DNA of 64,000 nucleotides from Lytechinus pictus (taxonomy: Eukaryota): contig NC_087251.1 of assembly GCF_037042905.1 (NCBI RefSeq), forward strand, positions 35,094,001 through 35,158,000, in the 5' to 3' direction. The notes beneath the pieces were generated by a model. That model worked only from the letters and a program-made list of their open reading frames with translations. It did not search any database and had not been told where the DNA came from. This document shows positions 26,501 through 40,746 of this stretch, in pieces (the stretch's first letter is position 1; each line of letters opens with the position of its first letter). The translations under genes were made by a program, and so were the position numbers.

Positions 26501-29500
26501 CATACTCGTTTATTAACTTGGATATTTCAAGCCGAAGAAAAGAAAGCACTCGTATCGCTATGTACAAATTATTCAGTATAGTGATTCAGTGTAGAGAATA
26601 AAGACTTTGATGAGCCGTCATCGAGGAATCATCATATATCTTTTCAAGCTTTGTGTCCTTATTCTCACCTTTCATTGATTGAAATAGGTGTGAATTAAGA
26701 AAGAAGCACAAACCAGGCTTCTTTTGTCGTCGATTACATCTGCTTTTCTATCTATTCCTCTCGGCTTCCGCGTTGAAGGTCATAACCGTAGAAAGGAGGG
26801 GGAAAAGCTGAGTAAACGGTTTAATTGTCATAGAAGAACGGTTCCAACGTTAAAGGTCTGGTCAAAAGGCTTATTTGCAATCATTTAGGATTTCGAACGA
26901 AGGAGACTCTTAAATATTGCCTTAAGAACATGTAGATCAAAATTTACAAGTGAATCGGAAATTGTATTGTTTAAAATTGTTTTGAGAGTTCTGGGATGAG
27001 TCGAGAAGATTAGCATGAATGTTACTTTAAAAATTGCTTGGCGATGCTCCCTCGATCTGTAAGCCCTCAAAATTGTGATTGTTGGCGCTCATACTTTTTA
27101 ATTACCCCCCCCCCATATCGACTTGAGCAAGTTTGCTATATATTTCGTTCTTCGTTTCACTTTAATTAGTATAAAGAGTAAACTCTCGGAATGTTTTCGT
27201 TTGTTCTGATAAATGGCCCATTCTTGCTTATGTTAAACATAGGTTTGTCCTTTATTTACTCCCTGAGGAGCTTCGATAATTAGTTAACCACTTAATACCC
27301 AGGGCTTAAAACTTTCATGGCCTCTTATTTTCACCTATTACTTTAGTCTACCAAAGATACTCTCTTGTCGACCATGAAACAAATCTGTCTATGAATGAAA
27401 TTAATAGGAGATGTCCTTTAAGACTGTTTTGATCAGAATTGGAAATATGGGTGACCAGATTAGGAAGGTTTAGCCCCGATTTAACATATTTAAATGATCA
27501 GATTAGAAATTCGGGATATTCTGCGAATGAGCACAAGATCCGATGCAATTGAATAAACACAAATGGAATAAAAGCATCCGGGTATACCTGGTCATACTAT
27601 TATATTGATACACGGTTGGTCCAGATGGAATTGATTTGAAGGACATTGGGATATACAATATATTTCTTATGCGACAAGAATTTCCTTTATCCATATAATA
27701 GGTAAAAGAGTTTATGGGGTTTTGCACTGAATTCAGGGTGAATTTGGAATGAAAAAGGTCTATATACGCCCTTTTTCATTTACTTTAGAGAGTTTCTGTT
27801 TAAAATTATTCTAAAATGGGCGAAAATACACATTTTCACCTAAAGTTGTAAATGTGTTTTCTAAAAAGTGAATATTTTCAGTTTTTATTTCAAATTAACA
27901 GTCCAAATCACAGAGGCAGTAAAATATTGAGCAAATGGATCGTAAGCTTCATATTTTAAGTGATTTGTATATATATTTTTTTAATATGAACGCCTAAAAG
28001 TTTATGAAACATTACGAATTAAGGTGGAAAATTAGTTGGGAAACCAACGGATGTTTTGGATCGAATATATGAAGTACGTAGACAGAATCGTAATTATTCA
28101 TCAGAATTTGCAGGAAAGGAATTTACGTTAAAGAGGTTCATTCTCTTTCTAAACGTAGTGACATCCGTGAACGCTACAAATTCCCTTGATTTTTAAAGAT
28201 TTTTCTCGAAATTGTTCACTGCGTCTTCTTGAGTTTGGCTTTAAAAAGGAAGTTGAAGCAGGATGTAGAGGAGAGACTTGGGGTGCTGGCAGTTCACTCA
28301 CATTCGACATCTTCAGGTGAGGAAAGGGGGTTAAGCTTTGATCCATATATCAAACCTATCAGTCTATCGCAGCCCGCATCTTCCTGCTGTGATGAAAGTA
28401 CAAGGGCAAGGATTTTACCCCTATCCAAAACGAATCATTACCAATCAAGATATATGCCTTATTGATGGATTAAACTACATGTATACATTGTTTTGCAGAA
28501 ATTGTTTTGAAAGTTTGGATATCAAGTGTGTTGCCTTCAGTTTGGGTTTCATACATCTCAATGGAAATATTTTCGAATATCTCCAGCCTCAAAACCACCA
28601 TGCTTAGAGAGCATTAAAAAGTATATTATAGAATGTTTTTGGTTGCTAAAGACATGCCATTATTGTCTCGATTTTCTTTGTGCAATTCCGGTAAATTTGC
28701 AAAAAAAAAAAGAGTCTTCAAATTTATCATTCTTTGAAATAATTGACGGGATGTTCAATTATCATTTTCTTACGAGTAACATTTTAGATGACTCAGAGTT
28801 TTTTTTTTTTGATGAGAGAATGGGCATTGCTTGCCAGATTGCCAATAATGTATTAGCTTACATCACAAAACCTGACATGGCGCCCGCCTCGTCAAGCTTC
28901 TCGTGCTGGTGCATGAGGTCAAAGAAGATGATCAAAATAGTAACCGTTTTTTAAGACTGTAATACAGGGCAGTGACAGGCTATTTGCGACACTGTCCATG
29001 TGGAACTTCTTAAAATGTTCCATATTCGAAAGTTAAATCTAATAATAAATTTCAAGGTTAGGATATTTTGCATCATTGCAGTGGATGTGTCTGTCAGATC
29101 TTCCAGGCAGGTGTCTCCATTCGGCTCAACGGCGCGGCGTCCAACTTCGACGCGAGCCGTGTCCCGCCGTTTGCTGCCCCCGCTCCATTTCAATCCCATA
29201 TGCATTTAGATGTAATTTGTAGATATTTGAGGGCATCAACAAAACTTTGTGAACGTCGAGGTTAATGTCCTGTACCTTAGCTTGTACTTGCGCCCGAGAA
29301 CCAGACTTTCATCCGAAGTGCATCTCTTCCAGGGAGTCTTGGGGTTTTTCCAAAATGCCACGATCCTTCTTTCATTCTCCTCTATTTCGTGTCATCCTTG
29401 AGCTGTGGCTGCAGTGATTGAGTCTATTAATATTTGCCAATGCAGACTTCTCCAATCATTTATGAAGGCTTTCCACATGTTACATCCTGTGCCAGAATGG

Positions 29501-31555
29501 GGTATAGGAGGATCTAACAAATTTTGTCCAACGATAATTCATATGAAGATGAAACGAAAAAAAAAAGAGAGAGACAGAATTGTAATAATCTTCATATTAG
29601 CTTGTCTCGCTGTTTGACCAATGGCAACTTTCTGTAAATTGAAAATCTCCATGGTTTCGTTACATGTTATGAGCAATATGTGTATGGGGCTGGAGTGGAA
29701 TGTGTGGAGAGAGAGGGAGAGGGAGGGAGGGGGCAATATGTAGTTTTGATATGGATGCAAATAGAAGAAATTTTACCTTCTATTTGTTCTTATCTCTTTA
29801 TTATCTCTCTTTTGTATTAGGCAAAGGTTTTAGTTTTCAGATAATGCAATGAATTCATATGTTCTATTTATATTCTCAAACTGCACTAGCTCAATCAAAG
29901 AGAGAATACAAATATATGTATCTTCATCGACTCGACTCTATCATTAGCGTGATAAGTCTCAAGGATACAATGGATATTGAGTGTTCCCAGGAAACCCTTT
30001 TCTGAGATTTCAGGAGAAGTGTTATTTCATATACACTCAACCCTGTAATCTTTATATCTATTCTTTAATGATTGTGCTCCATTCAGACCATCAGTTAAAG
30101 TAGGATTTCTTTAGGGATTCACCAAGGCGTTTCATTAAAGCATTCAACGCCAATAAAACAGCAAGATGCCTACTAAAAGCTTTTGTTCGTCATACCTTTC
30201 AGAATATTTCAGCGTTTACCGTTATTCTTTGTAGAAGTCGTTTTCAATACATCTTCTTTTATCGGTCTTCCTTTCGCTAATGCATGCTCACCCACGCAAA
30301 CATTTCAAGGAAGCCTTTAAAAGTGACCACAGGTCAATCATATATCTTGAAATGGGTGGTCAATTAACCTAAAATTGCGAAGTCCAATTTTCGATTTTAT
30401 CCTTTCTTTTGTCTCTTGGGAGGAATATGAATTAACAATTCTTTGAATACGTTTGCCTTTTGCATAATAGATGGGTTGAAAATGAAATAATCGTCCTCAA
30501 AAGATAATTAAATTACCTAGTATTGACATGTCGTCACCCTGCAGCGCAGTGAGTACAATGACATCGCATTTTTATAGATTAGTTCCTTTCAAAAACAATA
30601 ACGTTCTCATTGCCTTCTCAGTGTCCTTGACAGAACATGGAATTCAGTTGTAATGTAGCCAATTGTTCTTCATGGAAACCAAGCCCGAATTAACTTTCGT
30701 AAAAGAACATTTGGCAATATATATAAATTCGAAGAAATCAATAACCGTTCAACTCGATTTAGTTTGTAATGTTATCATTAATCCGCTCAGCGCATTACCT
30801 TATGCAGTACAGGTATGTCGTCACCTATTTCAAGTAGTTATCTTATGCAGTTAGGATTGCATGGCACGGTGCTTTCGCTAATGTCGCAAATCCATGATCG
30901 TACATCCTATACGGGCTAACTGGATCCCTATAAAACCTTGGTAGATAGTAGCAAAATGTAGACTTACCTACCTAAGCAGCTTAAAAAAAGGCTCCTTGTT
31001 TATTTTTAAGACGAAAGTGCTCCAGTGGCTTCGAACCAGGGACCTGATGGTAAAGTCAGCACAAAATAATTTTCTAGGTCCTCGTATTCTAATCTTTTAA
31101 TGGGTTCATTGTACTTTAAAAAAATAAAGATGCCATGATCATGATGATCTTGAATACATTTTCTTTAGCGGATTGAGCTTAGTCATAAAACAAACCAAAT
31201 CAAGTTTCAGATTCTATGACGGGGATTTCCCGTTTTGACAACGTCCCTGGGCATTTGCTTCCAGAGGTCGGATAACTATCATTGAAAAAATACGATCGTC
31301 TTAGATTTTTTTTTCGGGGTGGGGGGGAGGGGGGGGGTTGAAGCGTTTTAAATCGACTCGACTATTATAGTCTGCCTAACTATTCCACATGTCTTACTAT
31401 GTATATACTATATCTATGTTTCCAGGGTTAATGTCATGATTGAGCTTCTCATTTACATGATTTAACTAACCTCCCATTAACCACTTCTCTTCTTTTATCA
31501 ACTCTCACTAATCACTTGTATTTCTTCCATTTTGCCAAACTCCTTTATTTCTTTC

Positions 31556-31704
31556 ACTGGTGGGAAGAACACGGTGTTCACAGTGTGTTCACATAGTGGA
31601 ATATATCAAGATGTGATTCTCACCGTTAAAATGCCTTTATTAAACAGGTTGAAGATGCTTATTTTTCACACTGTGGACACACTGTGAGACTCACCTTTCC
31701 AGCC
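31556..31704 (-). repeat. Short unexpanded copy of the 22.6-23.6 kb repeat element, inverted
   Basis: Reverse complement contains atcttcaacctgtt...gaatca...gtgaacacactgtgaacaccgtgttcttccc, matching atcttcaccctgtt...gaatca (about 22682) and gtgaacacactgtgttctttcc (about 23550). Confidence 0.65.
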
Positions 31705-33614
31705 GAGATACTTTAAATGAAAGCCCAAACTGAATGTTTAATTTCGTACAAACGGGAGCAAACGTTATGCTTGACCTCTAGTTTTGTTCATGATTGTACA
31801 AACTCTGACGTCATCACGGTCAAGAGGGGAGTCTGCTTCGACGAAATTCTAAAGATGGACCCACCTCAAACTCCCAGGACACTCAGAGTAATTTTATTTC
31901 TCACTCTTATCGAATTCGATGCCGTTCCTCGGGTCAATTACTGTGCCTTATTCTAATGAGGTCATTACAGGTGATTAGAACCATAAATGGTAAGACTTGT
32001 CTGGTCCCGATTATTGCGGATTAGTATTTTCAAGCATGCTCTCTTTGGGATGACACACCATTTCCCGCCCCTTTTCCGCCTTCTTCATCCCTCTTCAAGT
32101 TCTAGATAGGAGACCCGTGACAACATCCAGGTACAAGTCAATGCCCTTGAAGACACCACTGGGATTTCCAACCAATGAAGTGTATTAACAGAATTCACTT
32201 CTGCAGGATCCTGCAAAACGAGACAAAATATGCGCTAGGTCATCTTTGTGCGCTCCTGAACGGAAAGACTCGTCACAATTTAATCCTATGAAATACTATA
32301 TCTGTACATACTTCACCGAAGCAGATTTTAATTGATTCAGGAATTCGATAAAATTTGCTGGAAATGAACGAAGGATTAATCTCAGACAAAGAACAATTTA
32401 TTGTAATCAAATTGGTAAATTGGACTACTCAGTCAAGACTTTGAAAGGGTTCTTTTTGGAGATATTATTTCAAATCTCAATTTTAGGTCATTAACTTGTT
32501 AATTAGTGTTCGTATTTTTTTGAATTGCACTCAGATAATCTGTCACCACATACTAGTAATTATTCCTGATGTATTCCTCGAATTCTCTGAGCATTGAGTT
32601 GTTTTGAGATGCCACTTCTTTTTAAAATTCTTTCCAAAATACCATCCACCATTTCCTTTGCAACTGCAGTTTGTCTTTCATATCTCAGCTCTTGCAAACT
32701 CTTCATCATCTTGACCATCACCTGAGCGCTTTGCCTGTTGAACTCTTTACATCCAACAGCCAGTAGGCCACATTGACAGGGCGAGAGTTCCTTCCAAACC
32801 TTCCAGGCCAGTCTTTCTCTCGTTCACTGCTCTCCTTACCAGGCAGCTCCCGCCCTACTTCCCCTGATACCTTCATCATCCCAAATCCCTATACACCATT
32901 TTAAAATCACTTAACATTTATCTCTCTGATACCACCCTCCATCCGCTATTAATTTTAATCTTCCAATGACGTCATGGAAATGCCTTTGTAATCCATGCGT
33001 GTTACTTCTAAAGCATGAAGGATTTTTCTTGCATGTATTTTTAACTTTCATAAATCATAATGTCTTGTTGACAATTTATTAAAATATTTCGTTGGAGAGA
33101 TACTCGGAAAAAGATTAGATATGCTGTCAAAAAAATTGATTGTTTGGTTTGGTTTGCAGATGAATCGCATTGGTCAGTCTCCGCGGAAATTAAAATAAAG
33201 AGTCACTTTTGACGGTTTGCACCATACATGTACATGTTTTTACCCAGATTTTGTGACTTAAAATAACAAGACCTTTGAAATAAATTCATTTCATCTTTGA
33301 AATGAGGGGAAATATATTAGTCATTTTCTCTAATACTATGGCAACTTTATTGTAGGACACGGTACGGTGGGGTGGGAGGGGGGTTAAGAAATAAGATAGA
33401 AAGCAAGAAAAGGCTATATTGGAGTGAACGTCAGATAATAAGTGATAGGATTTCGGGGGGAAAATGCGGCAGGGGGGGGGGTCACTTAATTCACCATGCC
33501 TGAATGCATAAAAACTAAAAGGTTTAGTTAATAGACAATGTTAGTTTTTCTCGTGTTTATTATGGTGCTAGTCTCAAGGTTACAATCTATCTCCCTATAA
33601 GATTGAACTTTTAA

Positions 33615-34201
33615 AGGTCAAGTCCACCTCAAAAAAAAAAGTTGATTTAAATCGATAGAAGAAAATCAGACAAGAATAATGCTGAAAATTCTATCAAAAT
33701 CTGATGGAAAATAAGAAAGTTATGACATTTTAAAATTTTCTTATTTTTCACAAAATATATGCGAAATTTAGTCACATGCAAATGTGAGAATCGATGATGT
33801 CCCTCACTCATTATTTCTTTCGTTTTTTATTGTTTGAATTATACAATATTTCAATTTTTACAGATTTGACAATAAGGACAAACTTGACTGAACCATTACA
33901 TGTTAAACAATAGTAATTCCACATGTTCAGGGATAAATAAACCTTTGTTTCACAGGACAATGGGAAGAAAATTAGGATATTTCATATAATAAAATACAAG
34001 AGAAATAGTGCGTGATGTAATCAGTTCCCTCATTTGCATACCGACAGGGATGTGCACATAACTGTTGTGATATTAAGCGAAACTTAAAACTGTCATAACT
34101 TTCTTATTTTACATCCGATTTTGATAAGATTTTCAGTGTTTTCCTCGTTGGATTTTTCTCTTTTTATTCAAATCAACTCTGTGTTGGAGTGGACTTGTCC
34201 T
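33615..34201. mobile_element. TTAA-targeting MITE (Kolobok/piggyBac-like non-autonomous DNA transposon), 587 bp
   Basis: TTAA at 33611-33614 and 34202-34205; ends aggtcaagtccac / gtggacttgtcct; over 100 bp of imperfect TIR (aaaataagaaagttatgaca / tgtcataactttcttatttt). Confidence 0.9.
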
Positions 34202-36287
34202 TTAAGTGAGGCTGACATTAGATGTTACCTTCTAGAATGCCATTCTTTCTTTTTTATTTGTTATTTCCATCACTTCTTTTTTATTTATTTTTTTGTTATA
34301 TTACTAATCTTATTGGTAATGGTTGATGAAATATATTTTCAGAAATAGCTTTAAAAGCGGACATACTGATTTATTTCGAATTACACTCATCGGAGTAAAA
34401 TTGAATTAATGAACAGAGCGCCAAAATGAAACAATGTGTACTACAACTGAAAGAGATCCTGGACGCTAAATTTTCCTGCAGTAGAAGTGATTTTCTACCA
34501 CAGCTTTTATTCATTGAAATCCATTGGAGTCAGACGAAGTCCATTACACAAGATCCAGAAGATTATTTACCCATATCAAAAGATGATTAATTAGAACACA
34601 GAAATCAGCCATATTGGATCAAAATCAATTCAAGTCACCCAATCGTGTTTTACAAATGTGGTCGGTATAATAATTTAGATTAATTAAAATTATTTTCTTG
34701 TTTTAATCTATATTGTCCGAAAATCTCTTCTTCTTCTACCCTCACATTTGCTATCAAAGAGAATTGGTTTTTTATTCGATAGCTTACGTCATTGGTCAAA
34801 AGTTGTGACTGCTTAAATGAAGATGCGAGCATTGGCTCTGTATTAAAGCTAGAGATATTGGCGCATTTAGTCATTACTTTTTTAATCGGTAACGAATAAA
34901 TATGTTTCTTTTTAAAATTTCAAATTGAAATTACAAAATTAAAATTCAGAAATGAAAATAAAATTGTAAGAAAGGGGGGGGGGGGGGATAAGGCGAGTGG
35001 GACATGCGTGTTAGACAATGAGACACTGATTTTGTTACTTGCTTTTTTCCAGAGTTCATGACGTTTTTTTTAAGCAATCAAACACTGAATATAATTTCCC
35101 AATACAGAATAATTGAAAGGAAAATCGAATTCTTTGTGGGTTGGAGTTGCATGTGACCCTTCGACCAAGCCACACATAAATATAGATGCTGCTACTGGCA
35201 AATAGTAGGATCAAATGGATTGAACTATGACAAAAGCCTACCACACAATACCCTTGAAGTCACATAAACTCAGGAAATTACACATTCTTGGTAATAGCTT
35301 TACACAATGTCAACTATGTGACTTATTTACTTTGACCTGTTAGCAATGTGAGACTTGGTGTCCCCGGCCCCTCGACGAGCGACCCTTTCCTATGTCGTAC
35401 TTTTATTTGTCTATGTTTAATGATGTTAACTTGCCTTTAAAGAAATTCCTCGATTCAGCATGATTCCTCAACACCAGAATACATCTCAATTTAATCTTGC
35501 TCCTATAAATTTCACCCATGATCTTGATGTAAATATTACATATCCCACCTGTTAAGGGGAAAGACCTTGTTCAGAAGACAGCCTTTTGGGAGCTGTCATA
35601 CCATTTCTAGCAACAGTAGCTTGCTCCGTCTGCAAATTGGCCATGTTTACAGTCTCGAGCAATTATGACGCATGTGTCATGATAAGTGTAAATCTCTTTA
35701 ATACTTTAGGTATCTCTTTCATCTTGTTAATGTTAATCAATGAAGCTGTCATCGTTATGATTGATTGGAGCATATGAGATTTTGGATCGTTGTAATGCAA
35801 GGGATCTTTTCGTGCACTGTGAGAGGCTTAATGAGAATGAAATGATGGAATTCTCGTCCTTTGTCTTTTATTTGAGTGAATCCAAACCATGTCTCCAAAG
35901 ATCGTATAGGCCTAAAAGAATCTCTGATCTATTAGAACTGCAAATTAGGTTTAATACAGGCTGCTTTTATGTAACATGACTGTATTCATTGATGCATTGT
36001 TTGTTTATTTTCTGACTATTTTATTCTTTGGAATGTTTGGAAATAGATATTTGTAATTCTTTTTTTTTCTCTTATTTTTTTGTTCATTATTCAAAATAAA
36101 GAGAAAAATGAATAGTTATCTACTCGATTATCTCACGAAAGTTCATTTAAGTATTATTTTGAACTGAATTAAACCTTTACATTTTTGAAAAAAAATTATT
36201 TAACGTTCTTTCTTTTATCCCCGAAATTTCGTCAATACATTTTTCTTTTATTAGAAAGTAACATTAAATGAATTTATTTCATTGCAG

Positions 36288-36560
36288 GTAACGTAGTATC
36301 AACGAACGGTCAGCGACCCTACACGTCATCGCACCTATCGCCTTCATCATCGGGGTCGTCGTCGTACTCGACAGGCGCTGTTAGTCTGCCGTCGTCCCAC
36401 ACCCTGGCACGTTTCACCATGAGGGGTCCGTGCTTCCGACGAGTGAGCTCCTCGCATTGTATGGCTCCATTGAGTGACGTCACTACCCTCCACGATGATT
36501 GCTGCTCTTCCGTTGGGCAGGGGTGGGGTAATGGATGTTACGCCTGTCCGCAGATGTTAG
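36288..36560 (+). CDS. Exon c: Ser-rich linker plus first part of the hybrid domain (RGPCFRRVSSSHCMAPLSDVTTLHDDCCSSVGQGWGNGCYACPQML)
   Basis: Acceptor tttatttcattgcag, donor g|gtaaga; 273 bp, phase 1-1; CC..G..WG..C..CP signature of TB/hybrid domains. Confidence 0.9.
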
Positions 36561-36580
36561 GTAAGACTTTGATCAGGGTA

Positions 36581-36756
36581 CACTCTTTAAAAAAAATGGC
36601 CAAAGTAAGCATAATGTTGGTGAATGTGTCCGTCCGACAAAAAATTGTCAAAACCAACCATCTACCAGACAGAATATTGCTTGATATCGATCATTTTTAT
36701 CGGTCGGACACACGTTCCAATAAATTAGTTACTTTGACAAATCCCTTTCAAGAGTG
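36581..36756. mobile_element. Small degenerate MITE 20 bp downstream of the exon c donor
   Basis: Ends cactctt / aagagtg; internal inverted gtgtccgtccga / tcggtcggacac. Confidence 0.6.
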
Positions 36757-37715
36757 AAATTTAAACTAGAAAAACATATTAAACCCAATAACAAGAGAAA
36801 CAAAGAGTTATGGTGATTTTAGTTGATATGTTGACTTTTTTTCTGTTTAATTCTGCTTTGGCAATAACATGACTGCGATTGTAAAGATAACGTATAAGTT
36901 CGCCAAAACTCGGCTGAGTTGAAGTAGGAGGCTGTGGCCAGGGAGGGTAAAAAAAAAATGGAGTGACACCCCTGTGTAAAAAGATAACCAATTTCGGAAA
37001 GAAATAATAGACATATGGTGTTTTGGGGTTTGCATTATTTCTTTTTATCATTGAAATTAAACATTATTACACCAAACTGGCAGAAAGGTGAATATTTTGT
37101 TGTTCACAGCTTTTGTGGTATAAATGGGATTTCGTAATCTTATCGTGATTTTATGGATACCTCCATCGTCAATTCTTCACCCTTGATAATAAGGCATTCT
37201 ATATAGCTTCCATTATTGGTATGAAAACAAATCGGATTACCAAAAACAGGAAGAGGGGATAGGGCTGGGGGTAACGGTGGTCTCCTGTAATTTACCAATG
37301 ACACGAATGAGTCCACTCCATCGACACTCTTAAATTTAATGTCAAAGTCTTTGCGATGTTTAAAAACAGAACTGGACGAAAAAAAACGAAACTTTGATAT
37401 ACTGTTGGATACGCTCATGTGAGATTATCAAGTCATGACATAAAGACCACCCGCTTAATGAGAGATTGGTTGACAAATCTTCATTGACATATTAAACCCC
37501 TTTCAACCTGTCATGAAGTGTTTGTCAAATGATAAAACAAGCGTGTCGCACGCCGAAGAAAAACCTGTCTGAAACAGATGAAAGGAAGAACATTAAAGCA
37601 CATGAATAACGTTTGTTAAATTGAAGATAGTTTTATGGATGATCTATACGCTTCATCAGCTGATGATTAAGACATTTGATTTTTACTGTTTAACTGGATA
37701 ATTGGAACCTACAAT

Positions 37716-37873
37716 CAGGGGCGTTGTGAGGCAAATTTTTTGAGGGGACCAAACGTTTCTTATCGGGCAGCAAGCGAAGTGAGCGAGCAAAATATTGACC
37801 TCTTTTCTCCCTTTCTTTTCTTGGTCGCGAATTTTTTTGCGGGTCCATGGCCCCCAACTCCCGTACGCCAGTG
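37716..37873. mobile_element. Old hAT-like MITE
   Basis: Ends caggggcgt / acgccagtg; the putative 8-bp TSD is only partly conserved (cctacaat / ccttcggt). Confidence 0.5.
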
Positions 37874-40061
37874 CCTTCGGTCAAGTTAAGCTGATTTAAT
37901 AATAAATACCATAATGCCGAATGCATATCAATATTTACGAAACGTTATATATAATATCATAATCTTGCAGAATATTTATTCAAACTATTAAAACAATATG
38001 AAAAAAAATATATATATATTTTTTCAAATCCACCTCGTATTATTTGCTCGAAATAAAATACAATAAAAATGCACAGGGGTTAACGAACGCATAAGTTTCA
38101 TGGCCGAATTTCTACTATGTCATATCCAAAATATCAAGCGACGTCTCTTTCATTCTTTACACTTTTTTTTCACATTTTAACAAACTAGTAAGTAGTTTAG
38201 TCAGGTGACATAGCTGAAAGCTACACAAAGCCCTATAATTGTCCAGCATTTTTGTGCTTCGTACTAGCATTATAATAGCTTTTTTTCTTTTGTTGCCCGT
38301 ATATCGAAATTTGGAGAGATTTTGTGTTTTGACCCTTACGGGCAACGGCATATTTATAAACACTTCCATATTATCGTTTCTCGGTGAAAGGGAAGTGGGA
38401 ATTTATCATACGGCCGACAGATTGTCGTACCTTTTGTCATAATCCATATAACTCCATGTAACCAATTGTGTTTGTATTTCTTTATCAAAGAATGTGTGAA
38501 CTCGGTCAAAATTGTCACATTAAATCCTTCCAAATGCCTCACAAACATTTTGAAAGCCTGTAGGGTTCAACTTATCAAAACGGTTGCCTGTACGCTGTCT
38601 CCAAACAATATTCTGCTTCCATGCTGGTGCGTTTTTAGTCTAATATTTTCTCCTATTTGACATCTCCCTTGAAGCTGCAAGGGTTATCCCAAAAATAAAT
38701 GCCCCTTGTTCCAAAAATATTTTAATCGATAATTGCACACTCGAATCTGTATCGAATTTGATCTTAGCCAATCAAATCGAGGGATTCCAGTAGCTTATAA
38801 CACTATCACTTGCTATAATGATGTAACAAGATATGTGAATGAGAGCCCCTGGATTCCAGTTACAGGCAATGTAATCTCGATCATGGGTGAATTTTTCACA
38901 TTTGATATTTGTTTCTCTCTTTTTTTAAATCAAGATATGAAAAAATATTAATCAGCCATAATGATGTGTTTTTCTAGTGTGATTTAGGCATTTGATTAAT
39001 GTTTACATTGTTGCATGTAGCCTCGGGACTTTCAGCAGTAGATGTGAAAACATTTATAAGCTATCTTATGCAATTATAATGATTGCATCAATTTATATTA
39101 CGTAATTATTGCCTGCTTACGAGGGCAAAAGTAAAAAGTATCACCCAAAGTAGTCTTGATATATAGACCTACTGTTTTTCCCCAAGACTGAAGGTCGAGG
39201 GAAAAACAATCGGCTTCTTATCTCAAGATAAATGGAAGGAAACAATTATTACTATTGCCCGAATAAAAATGTTTGTTTTATACACCATTTTTTTTTAGCA
39301 GGGCGATAGTAAAAATTATTTCTCTGCTCAAATCATGCCATTCGGTAAATAAAGAAAAATATGATGTGGAATGAATTCTGTAATGTACTTCATTCAGATT
39401 TGGTTTTTTCTTTGCATATTTCTTTGAAAATGATATCACTTATTGATCTCATTCGAGCGAATGAATGAAACGGCGCTGTCTCACTGAAGGTGATAAACGA
39501 TAAATTTTCCGTGTTTTTTTTTTTTTGCGAATCCGATTATTAGATGCATTCAGCAGTATTCTATCGTGTATGTTCTATGCTGATACAGATATGTATTTGG
39601 AGAATTGCTTACAAGATTTTTTATGTTATGTGTCATGCAATAAACCGATAGATTCTATGCATTTTCGGTCCGTGTAAAATTATGTTATCAAAACAACTAG
39701 AATTTAAACTGACACAAAACAGAAAAGTTAACTAAAGATAATAAAGAAAATAATACGAAGTTCCCTGGATAATTTGATTTGACTACGAATTTTTTTTAAA
39801 ATCACCACTTTTATATCCCTGTTTATATCCTATTCATGGATTGACGTGGCTTGTCGCCGTTTTCCCTTGCTCGCTAGGGATACCCTGTATCTAGCAACGA
39901 AATGGGTATTTTTCAAAACATTCAGATTAAGATCATGTTGAATCGAACAATACATTATGTTTTAATGCGATTGTTATTTGTTCACATTTCATGGGGTGTT
40001 CGTTGTCGGTGAGACTATGACGTCAAATAAGTTGTTGATTTGATTTTGGTTCTCCCAACAG

Positions 40062-40121
40062 GGCAGGAACTGCATTGTCCCCGTGGATTCAAGAAATCAC
40101 CGGATACTGGAAAGTGTATCG
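40062..40121 (+). CDS. Exon d: C-terminal EGF-like half of the hybrid domain (GQELHCPRGFKKSPDTGKCI)
   Basis: Acceptor ttggttctcccaacag, donor g|gtaagt; 60 bp, phase 1-1; supplies the last two Cys of the hybrid domain. Not in the ORF track. Confidence 0.88.
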
Positions 40122-40746
40122 GTAAGTTCATCAAGACATCTCCTTAAGGTTCTGAACTCCCTCTTTAAGTAATTAATATCGGTACTACCGTAGTACTTCA
40201 AACGTATTTTTATTTTAGGTAAATAAGGATATTCATTTTCTTTCTTATAAATATCTCGTTGCCATATTCGTGCAATCCGTTACCAACGCCGCGATTGGCT
40301 ATTCGTAGCTGTTCACGAGCAAACATTTTGAACCGTCCAAATTTTGTCTTCGGTCAATACGATCGCCACGACTGATGTTATACGATGTGCCACGATCACT
40401 ACGATTACTCTACGATTAAGAACACGGTTTCATGACGCAAATCGTGTCCTTGGCAACTAGTTATAAACGTTAACACATTTAACGATGTAGTTTGATAACC
40501 ATCGTAGACTCGCTAGTATGGGTTAGAATCGCTTAATCAATCGAATCAATATACCTCTGGAAGAATATCGATTATGCTTGATACAGTTTTAGTGCACGAA
40601 ACTTTGGTTGAAGTAAGTGGAAATAAAATAAGTAGGAAACAGCTTTTCAACGAATGTAACGTAGTAGTAAAAGAGTTGTAGAGTTTGTAGGAATCCACGT
40701 CTATGTCATTTTATGATATAAAGTTATTTTCATGTTTTCAACATCT

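Noticed and set aside
28149..29265. Cluster of 65-142 aa ORFs and a GC-rich patch near 29100-29190
   Set aside because: No recognisable domain, no Cys pattern fitting the host gene, and no supported splice sites.
32640..33060. Possible decayed LINE 3' coding fragment or extra exon
   Set aside because: C-rich but interrupted by stops, with no convincing motif or splice pair.
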